A stretch of 32,641 nt of DNA from Candidatus Altimarinota bacterium. GTDB lineage: Bacteria > Patescibacteriota > Gracilibacteria > UBA4473. The stretch spans positions 42,442-75,082 of the forward strand of contig JAHDBZ010000002.1 in NCBI GenBank assembly GCA_020630245.1, written 5' to 3'. Of this stretch, positions 1 to 8,751 are shown piece by piece. The stretch's first letter is position 1. Every line of letters starts with the position of its first letter. The notes beneath the pieces are model-generated. The model was not told the DNA's origin and searched no databases. It was given only the letters and a program-made list of their open reading frames with translations. A program made the translations under genes and the position numbers.

Positions 1-343
1 GTCCGGCGTAACCAAGCTCTCCGATGAAGATGCTTTCGGTTAAAATTTCTTCTGACAGTTTGATCTGACCGGTGGTTTGCAAGATTCCGAGAGCAATGGC
101 TAGATCAAAACGGGGTCCGTGTTTTTTGAGATCGGCGGGGGCCAGGTTTACACTGAGTCGATTATTGGGGAAAAAGAATCCGCTGGATTTGAGACCGGCG
201 CGCAGACGTTCTTTAGATTCTAGCACCGCTGCATCTCCCAAGCCGACGATGTGAAAAGCAACTTTGCCGCGGTGACTTGCCACTTCGATTTCGACGATGG
301 CTGATTCTAGGCCAAAGAGATTGAGACTTTTGAGTGTTATCAT
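1..343 (-). CDS. comM: Mg-chelatase-like ATPase ComM/YifB, N-terminal part (gene continues beyond the left edge)
   Basis: A minus-strand ATG at 341-343 opens a frame that stays open to position 1, so it is absent from the ORF track. The translation MITLKSLNLFGLESAIVEIEVASHRGKVAFHIVGLGDAAVLESKERLRAGLKSSGFFFPNNRLSVNLAPADLKKHGPRFDLAIALGILQTTGQI matches the Lon-protease-like N-domain of YifB/ComM (NLAPAD.KK.G..FDL.IALGIL). Confidence 0.7.
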   Translation of the reverse strand, partial: MITLKSLNLFGLESAIVEIEVASHRGKVAFHIVGLGDAAVLESKERLRAGLKSSGFFFPNNRLSVNLAPADLKKHGPRFDLAIALGILQTTGQIKLSEEILTESIFIGELGYAG

Positions 344-505
344 ACGAAAATATTGATTGGATATAGTCGCCTCGTCGAGAGGCCATCTTCATACAAACTT
401 CATAAAGTGTATATTTAAGTCATTCGTGTTGAGAGGTGGTTTGTTTTTTAGTTTTTGGAGAAATTGATTTAAAAAAGCTTCGGTTTTTTGTCATACTTGT
501 GTCCG

Positions 506-883
506 ATGAGTTTTATTGGAAAGTTTTTATTTCATATTGCCGCTACGGCCGTTGTATTCTGGGCGATCGAAACCTACGTTTTACCGGGTCAATTTTCTGT
601 CGTTGGGCAGCATTGGTGGGCCTATGGGGTGGTAGCCTTTATTTTTGGTCTGTTAAACTTTTGGATCAAACCTCTCGTGAAGCTAGCAATGCTGCCAATC
701 AACATTATCACTCTAGGGTTTGCTTCTCTAGCAATTAACGGCATCTTGCTCTTTATGATGCAGTATGGATTACAGATGTATGATGTGTATGGTGTGACAT
801 TGAGCGTCGAAGGTATTCTTAGCTACTTGATTGCAGGAGCAATTCTAGGAGTCGCTCATACGGTGGTACATTGGATTAGCTAG
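506..883 (+). CDS. DUF360 / phage-holin-family-4 (YvlD-like) small membrane protein
   Basis: 125 aa with about 4 TM segments. The pattern LPG....G.......A...GLLN..I.P......LP....TLG......NG..L is typical of the YvlD/DUF360 family. I prefer the ATG at 506 over the TTG at 488 used by the ORF track. Confidence 0.65.
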   Translation: MSFIGKFLFHIAATAVVFWAIETYVLPGQFSVVGQHWWAYGVVAFIFGLLNFWIKPLVKLAMLPINIITLGFASLAINGILLFMMQYGLQMYDVYGVTLSVEGILSYLIAGAILGVAHTVVHWIS

Positions 884-952
884 TAGCATAATTTGCTAAT
901 TTTTGAATGGCGGATTGTTGAGTTTTGTAGTGGGGTTCTTAGACTGGCGGTG

Positions 953-2080
953 ATGGATTATGAACAGCGTTCGGTAGACATAAGAACCAAGTCAGGCGGG
1001 CAGATTTACACCGGCCTAAAAGCAGAACTTAGCACCCAAGAAGATTTAGCGACTTATTATAGCCCGGGGATTGCAGGGCCTTGTCGAGTGATTGCGACAG
1101 ATCCACAGCGCTCAAAAGAGCTCACGCAACGACGCAATACGGTAGCGGTGATCTCTGATGGATCTGCGGTTCTAGGGCTTGGGAATATCGGTCCAACCGC
1201 AGCCTTGCCTGTAATGGAAGGCAAATGCATGCTGCTCAAACATTTTGCAGATGTAGATGGTGTGCCGATCGTGCTTGATACTCAAGATACGGATGAAATT
1301 ATTGAAACGATTACCCGTCTGGCGCCTAGTTTTGGTGGGATTAACCTAGAAGATATTGCAGCCCCTCGTTGTTTTGAGATCGAAGCGGCGCTGTCGGAGC
1401 GTTTAGATATACCGGTCTTTCATGATGATCAGCATGGTACTGCAATTGTCGTGCTGGCAGCGCTAGAAAACGCTCTAAAAGTAGTGGGCAAAGATAAAAC
1501 AAAGATAAAAGTTGTGATCGTGGGAGCCGGAGCAGCGGGGATCGCGATTGCGCAGCTCTTGTCTGACTGGGGAGTGGTTAATTTAACATTGGTTGACTCC
1601 AAAGGAGTCGTCAGCTGTGATCGTGCGGATCTGCACCAGAGCAAGCTCAATTTTTGTTCGGTTAAGACGGGGGATCTCGAGTCGGCGCTGATCGGATCAG
1701 ACGTCTTTGTCGGCGTTTCTAAGCCTGAGCTGCTTAATACGGAAATGATACAGGCGATGGCAGAGAAAGCGATTATTTTTGCACTCTCAAATCCAAATCC
1801 AGAGATTCGTCCGGAAACCGCACTGGCAGCTGGAGCAGCCGTGGTGGCTACGGGGCGTTCAGACTATCCAAATCAGATTAATAATGTACTTGTTTTTCCG
1901 GGTATTTTTCGAGGACTGTTGGATGCGGGGGCGACCACTGTAAATACTCAGATAAAATTGGCCGCAGCGGCCGCATTAGCAGGTTTGGTAACCAACCCTA
2001 CGACAGATAAAATTGTCCCGAGTCCGCTTCAGGCAGGGGTTAGCGATGTCATTGCGACGGCGGTTGCCCAAAATGTCTAG
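953..2080 (+). CDS. NAD(P)-dependent malic enzyme (short, about 375 aa type)
   Basis: Malic-enzyme hallmarks are present: LATYYSPGIA, AVISDGSAVLGLGNIGP.AALPVMEGKCMLLK, FGGINLEDIAAPRCFEIE, PVFHDDQHGTAIV, and the Rossmann motif VIVGAGAAGIAIA. The first ATG in frame is at 953; the ORF-track start at 893 is TTG. Confidence 0.9.
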   Translation: MDYEQRSVDIRTKSGGQIYTGLKAELSTQEDLATYYSPGIAGPCRVIATDPQRSKELTQRRNTVAVISDGSAVLGLGNIGPTAALPVMEGKCMLLKHFADVDGVPIVLDTQDTDEIIETITRLAPSFGGINLEDIAAPRCFEIEAALSERLDIPVFHDDQHGTAIVVLAALENALKVVGKDKTKIKVVIVGAGAAGIAIAQLLSDWGVVNLTLVDSKGVVSCDRADLHQSKLNFCSVKTGDLESALIGSDVFVGVSKPELLNTEMIQAMAEKAIIFALSNPNPEIRPETALAAGAAVVATGRSDYPNQINNVLVFPGIFRGLLDAGATTVNTQIKLAAAAALAGLVTNPTTDKIVPSPLQAGVSDVIATAVAQNV

Positions 2081-2128
2081 GGCTTAAAGTTTGAATTTTT
2101 TATTAAACTCGATAGTTTTACTCGGAAA

Positions 2129-3460
2129 ATGCCACATTATAAAAGAAACCTTCGTTTTATTCTCTTTGTGATACTACCGCTGCTGGGATTCCTCCTGGGC
2201 TGGACGCTCAGTCAGAAGAATTCTGTTCGCAATCAGGTAGATGTTGCTGTAGAAGCCACTAATGAAAAGCCGAAAGACACGCCACTGCGACTCTTTCGAA
2301 AAACAGATCCAAAGGACGTAGATTTGAGTGTGTTTTGGGAAACCTGGAATACGATGGAAGAGCACTATCTGCACACAGATGATTTATTGACTAAGGATCA
2401 GGTCTACGGAGCTACGAAGGGATTAGTGGAGTCACTGGATGATCCTTACACCGTCTTCATGTCTCCAGAGGATACGGCCAAGTTTGAAGCATCGATGACG
2501 GGAGAGTTTGAAGGCATCGGAGCTGAAATCGGGATGCGAGATGAAAATATTGTGATCGTAACACCACTCAAAGGTTCTCCAGCCGAAATTGCTGGTCTGC
2601 GACCGGAGGATATTGTCTTCGAGGTGGATGGAGAGTCAGTGTATGGTTGGTCGATCGAAGAAGCTGTGACTGAGATTCGAGGCCCGAAAGGAGAACCAGT
2701 CACCCTTACCATTGTGAGAGAAGGTGAGCGCAAGCCTCTAGATATTACGATTGTGCGTGATGAGATTGCCTACGAAACCCTAGACTGGGAAATGAAAGAC
2801 GATGTGGCGGTCCTCTCTTTTTACCAATTTGGTGAAAAAATTGAGACGGAATTTCAGGAAGCGTTAGAGGCAGTCCTGCTCGAATCTCCAGAAGGAGTAA
2901 TTATTGATCTTCGTAATAATGGTGGCGGATTATTGGATGCCGCTATTTCTATTATCGGAGAATTCATCAGTGACGAAGTCGTGGTTAAAACCCGCGGACG
3001 CAAATTTGGTGATTCCGGAGATCTACGAAGTCAAAAGAATGGGGCCCTACAGGAATTACCACTCATTGTGCTGGTGAATGAAGGGTCAGCCAGTGCTTCT
3101 GAAATCTTTGCTGGAGCGGTGCAGGACTATAACCGCGGCCTGCTTTTAGGTGCCAAAACATTTGGAAAAGGTTCTGTACAGAACTGGGTCCAGCTTGATG
3201 ATGGCTCTAGTCTAAAGGTGACCATTGCCGAATGGCTCACGCCAAAGGGACGCTCTATTCACGAAGTGGGCATTACCCCTGACGAGGAAATCGAGGTGAC
3301 AATTGAAGATTTTGAAGCTGACTTTGATCCAGTGCTGTCTCGGGCCCTTGAATTGATTGGTTCAGATGAAATGGCGCAGATTATGTCAGAGGCAGCGGTT
3401 GAGGCAGATGAAAATATTGAAGAAAACGTCACATCTGATAATACTAATACGTCAGAGTAA
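2129..3460 (+). CDS. Carboxy-terminal processing protease (peptidase S41, PDZ domain), membrane-anchored
   Basis: An N-terminal TM segment is followed by FEGIGAEIG, the PDZ segment PLKGSPAEIAGLRPEDIV..VDGESV, DLRNNGGG, the catalytic Ser context NEGSASASEIFAGA, and GAKTFGKGSVQ (catalytic Lys). Confidence 0.9.
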   Translation: MPHYKRNLRFILFVILPLLGFLLGWTLSQKNSVRNQVDVAVEATNEKPKDTPLRLFRKTDPKDVDLSVFWETWNTMEEHYLHTDDLLTKDQVYGATKGLVESLDDPYTVFMSPEDTAKFEASMTGEFEGIGAEIGMRDENIVIVTPLKGSPAEIAGLRPEDIVFEVDGESVYGWSIEEAVTEIRGPKGEPVTLTIVREGERKPLDITIVRDEIAYETLDWEMKDDVAVLSFYQFGEKIETEFQEALEAVLLESPEGVIIDLRNNGGGLLDAAISIIGEFISDEVVVKTRGRKFGDSGDLRSQKNGALQELPLIVLVNEGSASASEIFAGAVQDYNRGLLLGAKTFGKGSVQNWVQLDDGSSLKVTIAEWLTPKGRSIHEVGITPDEEIEVTIEDFEADFDPVLSRALELIGSDEMAQIMSEAAVEADENIEENVTSDNTNTSE

Positions 3461-3463
3461 ATA

Positions 3464-4822
3464 ATGATGAAGAAATTTTTATCACTTTCGGTATGTGCGT
3501 TCGCCCTAGTGCTTGGAACGTCTGCTAGTGCTTTTGCAGTAGAAACACCAAAACCCTTACAGCTACTGTTTGGTGATCAGGTTTATACTCTGAACTTTGC
3601 TACCAATCCAGAACTGCTGGGTCGAACTTCGTCACACACGCTAGAGCTAGGAGATACAAGACTGCCCCTAGACCTTGATCAGGGATTGCCACCAGTGGTA
3701 GAAAATGTTCGTATTCAAACTGAATTTGACAACGTTATTAATCGAGCAGCGCTTGAAGCGTTTTTTGTGCGCAATACACCGCTCCTTAATGATGAAACTC
3801 CACCGGTATACATCGGGTATGATGATTCTGGGAATTTTTCAGTAACTGGATTTCCGAAATCTGGGTATTACGTAGATTTTGATACGCTGGAAATTTTGGT
3901 AAATCAAGCCATCTCTTATGGTTATGAGCACGTGAGAGTGCCAGCTCAAGATGGTTATTCTCCAGTAATTCCTGATCAAGAATTGATAGATCGAGGTATT
4001 ACAGATGTTTTAGCTGTCGGTAAATCAAATTTTCGAGGTTCTTCGGCCGCTAGACGTCAAAATATTCGCGTTGCTTCTGATAAATATAACGGACTTATCC
4101 TCGCACCAGGAGAGCAATTTTCTTTTAATGGTATCCTTAAATCAGTACGACCCGAGGATGGTTATGTAGAGGAGTTGGTGATCAAGGGGAATGACACGGA
4201 AAAAGAATACGGTGGAGGGATCTGTCAGGTTTCGACGACAGTTTACCGAGCCGCTTTCAATGGAGGGTTGCAACTAGATGAACGTTTTAATCATTCATAC
4301 GCTGTGCCGTACTATCAACCGCACGGTTTTGATGCCACGATCTATCTTGGAGGCAAAGATTTTAAATTTACGAATGATACTCCCGCAGATTTGATTATTC
4401 AGACCCTGGTTTCTGGAGATGACATGTATTTTGTTTTTTATGGGACCGATGATGGACGAAAGGTAGTTTCAGAAGGGCCCTACATTTCAAATCATCGTCC
4501 AGAGCCAGCCCCTATCATTGAGGAAACAACGGTCTTGCCACCAGGAGTGCAGGAATACGTTTCCTATGGACAGGATGGGTTTGATACGGTGTGGAATCGA
4601 ACGGTTTATAAACCAGGAGAGGCGCCGCTCGAAGAAACTTTCGCCTCTTACTACAAGGCCTGGCCAGCTCGAATTGCACGAGGAGCCGGTGGGCGCTATC
4701 AAGATATCCCGGTTGAGGTCGTAGAAGAAGTAGAGCCGGTAGCTGTAACACCAGAACCGGCGCCAGCTCCGGAGTTAGATCCAGACTTTTTCTCGCTCGA
4801 AAATTCAACATTTGCCGATTAG
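3464..4822 (+). CDS. VanW family protein (secreted)
   Basis: Signal peptide MMKKFLSLSVCAFALVLGTSASAFA. The VanW core reads APGEQFSFN...GYVEELVI.G......YGGGICQVSTTVYRAAFNGGL...ER.NHSY.V.YY. The C-terminal tail is Pro-rich. Confidence 0.85.
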   Translation: MMKKFLSLSVCAFALVLGTSASAFAVETPKPLQLLFGDQVYTLNFATNPELLGRTSSHTLELGDTRLPLDLDQGLPPVVENVRIQTEFDNVINRAALEAFFVRNTPLLNDETPPVYIGYDDSGNFSVTGFPKSGYYVDFDTLEILVNQAISYGYEHVRVPAQDGYSPVIPDQELIDRGITDVLAVGKSNFRGSSAARRQNIRVASDKYNGLILAPGEQFSFNGILKSVRPEDGYVEELVIKGNDTEKEYGGGICQVSTTVYRAAFNGGLQLDERFNHSYAVPYYQPHGFDATIYLGGKDFKFTNDTPADLIIQTLVSGDDMYFVFYGTDDGRKVVSEGPYISNHRPEPAPIIEETTVLPPGVQEYVSYGQDGFDTVWNRTVYKPGEAPLEETFASYYKAWPARIARGAGGRYQDIPVEVVEEVEPVAVTPEPAPAPELDPDFFSLENSTFAD

Positions 4823-4855
4823 TGTATTGACACTGGTATAGAGCGGGGAAGTCAA

Positions 4856-4888
4856 GGCCAAAAGAATTGTCCTTTGGGGCCGCTTTTT
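4856..4888 (+). terminator. Possible intrinsic terminator after the VanW gene
   Basis: GGCCAAAAG (4856-4864) pairs imperfectly with CCTTTGGGGCC (4871-4881) and is followed by GCTTTTT. The stem has an internal loop, so it is only moderately convincing. Confidence 0.4.
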
Positions 4889-4904
4889 GGCACAATTTAA
4901 AGGT

Positions 4905-6161
4905 ATGAAAATAAAAATAAATTTTTCCCTCTTGTTAATAGTGTTATGGGGAAGCTTTGTGGGGGGAGAAGCTAAAGCCTTGGATGTTATAGGTGACGCG
5001 GCCAAAGTGGTTCGTACCCAGCAAGTGGTGCCTTTGAATGTTGCAGTGAAAGAAGGGCCTTCAGCCGACAGTTTTTTTGTTGAAATATTTGCACCACGTA
5101 ATGTAGCTGGCGGCGGGCAGGCTCGTTTTTCTTGGTTTGATCAAAATCAAATTCCGGTTGGTTCTTATGCCGCTTCAGTGGGAGAAGATGATTTTTTGGG
5201 ATTATTAACAATTCGGATTCCCAAGCTTGAATTTGTTGGAGACTACCGATTACAGGCTGATATTTTTTCAGAGAATGGCTGGTTATTAGCGACGGGGAAT
5301 ACAGCAGTTCAGATTAGTTCGGGAGATGAGCGTATGCAGCTGTCGGCGCCGATACTGATCCGTAAGCCAGATGGTTTTAGTCTGAGTTTTGACGTGCGCA
5401 ACTATAATCTGCGTCAGACTGTAGTGCCTCGTCTGCAGGGTTTTTTCATTAAAAATGGAGAACGGCAATACGTTTTACAACGAAAATTGGAGCCAGTTTC
5501 GCTAGGAGCTCGACAGCGTTCGACGGTAGAGTTCGATGTCGAAGACGATTTTCCGCCAGGAGAATATTATTTAGAGGCTTGGGTCGAGTCGCCAACGGGG
5601 AAATATTTGTCCGGAGTTCTAGAGTCTTATCTCCAGTTGCCCGGTAATTATGCTCGTTTGGCCGATCTAGAAGTTAAGTTTGATGGTCAGACAGCCGACC
5701 GAGCACAGATTCTTTTTGAAGGATTTGCGCTTGTGCCTCAGGGGCGAGATTTACAAGTGTTTGTCAAAAGTGAGCACGATGGCGCGTCGCTCGCAGAATC
5801 ATCGATGTCGGTCCCAGTGGTAGATGGTTACTTTGCTGAGCGATTGGACGTAAAATTTCCAGAAACGGTGAATTTCTTCTCTGGTACTATGGAGTTGTTT
5901 TCGGGATCGGATTTTGACCTAGGAGATAGTCTGTTGACACAAGCTTTTCAATCTCCGGTAGTGGAGATTGGCGGAGGAGAAATTGTTCCGCAGCCAGTTT
6001 TGGTTCCGTCAACTACCAAAGATGGCGCACCGCTTAATTTTGCCCCTCCAATTCCTTGGTGGGAAAAATGGTGGGTGTGGTTGTGCTTGGCTTTGTTCGT
6101 GTGTGTGGGGATGGTCCTCCTGATAACGCTTACTCGCCGTAAATCTAAACGTGTTTTTTAA
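4905..6161 (+). CDS. Hypothetical surface protein: signal peptide, repeated Ig/CARDB-like beta segments, C-terminal TM anchor plus basic tail
   Basis: Long ORF with the ATG at 4905 (MKIKINFSLLLIVLWGSFVGGEA). C-terminus: WWEKWWVWLCLALFVCVGMVLLITLTRRKSKRVF. No catalytic motif recognised. First gene of a tightly packed five-gene block. Confidence 0.7.
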   Translation: MKIKINFSLLLIVLWGSFVGGEAKALDVIGDAAKVVRTQQVVPLNVAVKEGPSADSFFVEIFAPRNVAGGGQARFSWFDQNQIPVGSYAASVGEDDFLGLLTIRIPKLEFVGDYRLQADIFSENGWLLATGNTAVQISSGDERMQLSAPILIRKPDGFSLSFDVRNYNLRQTVVPRLQGFFIKNGERQYVLQRKLEPVSLGARQRSTVEFDVEDDFPPGEYYLEAWVESPTGKYLSGVLESYLQLPGNYARLADLEVKFDGQTADRAQILFEGFALVPQGRDLQVFVKSEHDGASLAESSMSVPVVDGYFAERLDVKFPETVNFFSGTMELFSGSDFDLGDSLLTQAFQSPVVEIGGGEIVPQPVLVPSTTKDGAPLNFAPPIPWWEKWWVWLCLALFVCVGMVLLITLTRRKSKRVF

Positions 6162-6169
6162 GTTTTTTT

Positions 6170-7399
6170 ATGAATAAATTTTTATGTTTCGGTCTTGCAA
6201 TATTGTTCCTATCTCCGACGCTGACGTCGGCGCAGTCAGATGTGAATATTCGGTCGCAATGTTTTGACCGCCTCAAAGAACAGGCGTTGCAAATAGAGGA
6301 CTTTCGACTGGCCAGAGCCGAACTCGAAGCGATTGATTACGCTACACTCGACAATCGATTGTCTCGTTATTACCAAGGTCATTCCTCTTTTGGAATTGAT
6401 GTTGACCAACCTATATTCGACCTGAGAGTCTTTAGTTTTGGTCGTCAGACTGGTTATGTGCACCCGCCCTATTCTCCGTTTCCGGTAGGGGCGAAGTCGG
6501 AGCAATGGAAAATGGCGGCTAAAGAATTTATCTTAGCTGAAGAATTTATTCGCAACCCAGAAGGAGAACGACAGTTTTTGGGTTGTGGTTTTTTTCGGAT
6601 TGGGGCGCGGGATCTAAAGTCTGTAACGGCGGACACCTATCTGTATGATGGTCCTGTTTCGTCTGTTATGTCGACTCAAGGTGATCACAAGTTCTGGTAC
6701 AACTTCAATACTTCGTTTAATTATGAGGATGCGCCACAGGCAAACTGGTATCGATTGTTTGTGTATCCAAAAGCTACACAAAATAGCTACTTTAGTCGTT
6801 ACGAAGTCCTCGACAGTTTTCCTGGGAATCAATTGGATGATTTATCAATCCTGACAGAAGCTGGTATTACGGCAAGACGAGCTGAGGGGGGCGATTTTAC
6901 AGAGCTTGATCCAGTAGAAACTGGCAGTGCTTTTGCGCTCAATGCCTACTATCAGGCTATAGCAGATCGTTATCCAAATTTTGCAGATCGTTTAGCACTG
7001 CGTGGGGTCTTAGAATACAAAAATCTACAGAAGATCTTGGCAAGTCCCAATAGTTCTGCCGTCAATTACGTTTGGGATACCTTGTTAGACACAAAGGACA
7101 TTACTCGTTATGCAGCGGCTCAGATTGCGGGCAAGGATATAGAGTCCGATCCCATTTTTGATCAAGTATTGAATGATCCGAAGGCTGTGAATCAATCAAT
7201 TTTGGATCTTGCTTTGGTACCTGCCTCAGACTCTGGGGTGGTCGATGTGTCGGCCGTCACGGTTACAGATCAAGTTCGAGAATCTAAGCCATTAGCTCTA
7301 CAGGATAACCGTGGTACTTTTGTGATGGTTGTAGTATTATTACTACTGTTATTCGTTCTTCTTGCTTCTTTGCTGTTCTTTGCGCGCAGACATAAATAA
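6170..7399 (+). CDS. Hypothetical surface protein: signal peptide and C-terminal TM anchor plus basic tail
   Basis: N-terminus MNKFLCFGLAILFLSPTLTSAQS. C-terminus FVMVVVLLLLLFVLLASLLFFARRHK. It starts 8 nt after the upstream gene. No known motif recognised. Confidence 0.7.
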   Translation: MNKFLCFGLAILFLSPTLTSAQSDVNIRSQCFDRLKEQALQIEDFRLARAELEAIDYATLDNRLSRYYQGHSSFGIDVDQPIFDLRVFSFGRQTGYVHPPYSPFPVGAKSEQWKMAAKEFILAEEFIRNPEGERQFLGCGFFRIGARDLKSVTADTYLYDGPVSSVMSTQGDHKFWYNFNTSFNYEDAPQANWYRLFVYPKATQNSYFSRYEVLDSFPGNQLDDLSILTEAGITARRAEGGDFTELDPVETGSAFALNAYYQAIADRYPNFADRLALRGVLEYKNLQKILASPNSSAVNYVWDTLLDTKDITRYAAAQIAGKDIESDPIFDQVLNDPKAVNQSILDLALVPASDSGVVDVSAVTVTDQVRESKPLALQDNRGTFVMVVVLLLLLFVLLASLLFFARRHK

Positions 7400-7404
7400 T
7401 TTCC

Positions 7405-8751
7405 ATGAAAAATTTTCTATCGTTATTGGCTCTCAGTTTATTTATAGGTCTGTCACTGTTTTCCTCGGCTGAGGCATTGAATTTAATTTCTGAAGAATCT
7501 GAATTTGAAGAAGACATCCTCAATCAGATCGAATTGCTGCGTTCCGACCCATTCCTAAACGTTGACCATGTAAGTGCTCATGAGCAGGACGATGTTTATG
7601 AAGCGGTGGCCGTGAGTACGACCACTCCACCAGATCTAAGCCAACAGACATCAAATGATAGTTCAATTGTCTTAGGAGCCAGAACAGGGGCCCCCTTTAC
7701 CGATCAGTGTGATGGACGGAGTCACTATGGAGCACTGAGTCATCAGCGCGGCAATTCGTTTTGTTACGGTCCAGCACCCAAAGGTTACAAGGCAACGATC
7801 GATCCGTATCTTTGTCAAAACATGGATCAGTACTTTCGTACCTGTCCGCCATTTGGGAATGGAGTGACGGGAAAAAAAGAAGACTGTGGTATGACTTCGG
7901 GTGTGACTTGGGGACCACCAGGTAAACCATCAACTACGGCCTGGGGTACATGGACTAGTTGGTGGAAAGGACTTTCTGCTTTCTGTATGAAAGAGGGATA
8001 TTGGTCTGACTCAGATGCTTCACGTCTGCCAGACGTAAATTCAAAAGCAACGATCAAATTTACGATTGCTGCTTCAGACGGGGAAAAGACTTACCGCTCG
8101 GAACAAAAGAAAAATGATAGTCAGGAAATTGTGGTTGAAGGTGATTTTGATACTAGTGGGGGTACCGCCGCGCGAACGCTCACCAGTCCTTCGTTTAATT
8201 CACCTTTTATCTACCTTACCAATCAGGTGGGCGCTGTAGCCGTTCAGCTAAACTCTCTCTGGAATCAATATCAAAGTCAGTCGCCAGCGTTCAATCTCAA
8301 AAACGGTTGGCTAGTGGACAATGATTCGCCGTCACCACTCTTCTACGAGTTAGGGCTCACACAGGTAGAGCTCAGTCGTGCGGGAATGAATTTCCAGTCA
8401 AAAGAGGCCCTAGAGAAATTTTTAACCACCGGGGATTTCTTTGATCGTTTAGGATTCACAGCCCTAGAAAAAAATAATTCACTAGGGTATTTGCTGCCAA
8501 GGCTACCAGAATCTCCACACTATTATCTAACGATTTTGGATTCAGGTTCTGTGTCTCAGCTTTCATCGATGTCAGTTGATCCAAGGCCTGAGACATTGGT
8601 TCGTCGTTACTTTGCGGTGTATCCAACTCAGGTTCCAGTCCACGCTAGCGGTGAATTGGATTATCCAGGATTAGTTTCTGATGTCGGTTTTACGGTCCGT
8701 GATTATGGTGAGATTATTGTAACCCCTGATATGTTTGTTATTTGGAAATGA
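7405..8751 (+). CDS. Hypothetical secreted Cys/Trp-rich protein
   Basis: Signal peptide MKNFLSLLALSLFIGLSLFSSAEA. There is a Cys- and Trp-rich segment (CDGRSHYG...CYGP...CQN...CPPFG...CGMTSGVTWGPPGKPSTTAWGTWTSWWKG). It starts 5 nt after the upstream gene, and its TGA overlaps the next ATG (ATGA at 8748-8751). Confidence 0.7.
   Translation: MKNFLSLLALSLFIGLSLFSSAEALNLISEESEFEEDILNQIELLRSDPFLNVDHVSAHEQDDVYEAVAVSTTTPPDLSQQTSNDSSIVLGARTGAPFTDQCDGRSHYGALSHQRGNSFCYGPAPKGYKATIDPYLCQNMDQYFRTCPPFGNGVTGKKEDCGMTSGVTWGPPGKPSTTAWGTWTSWWKGLSAFCMKEGYWSDSDASRLPDVNSKATIKFTIAASDGEKTYRSEQKKNDSQEIVVEGDFDTSGGTAARTLTSPSFNSPFIYLTNQVGAVAVQLNSLWNQYQSQSPAFNLKNGWLVDNDSPSPLFYELGLTQVELSRAGMNFQSKEALEKFLTTGDFFDRLGFTALEKNNSLGYLLPRLPESPHYYLTILDSGSVSQLSSMSVDPRPETLVRRYFAVYPTQVPVHASGELDYPGLVSDVGFTVRDYGEIIVTPDMFVIWK

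Noticed and set aside
436-738. 100-aa plus-strand ORF overlapping the DUF360 gene in another frame. The same judgement applies to 25327-25656 (minus) and 32139-32438 (minus).
   Set aside because: Each overlaps a longer ORF that has recognisable family or signal-peptide features. Their translations are hydrophobic or low-complexity with no motifs.
506-883. Prophage remnant, suggested by the holin-family-4 protein and, far away, the XhlA-like protein at 30430-30801.
   Set aside because: No phage structural, integrase, terminase or endolysin genes are nearby. YvlD/DUF360 proteins are common chromosomal membrane proteins.
4827-4832. Consensus TTGACA hexamer upstream of the five-gene block, as its -35 element.
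   Set aside because: No acceptable -10 hexamer lies 16-18 nt downstream, so the promoter of the block remains unidentified.
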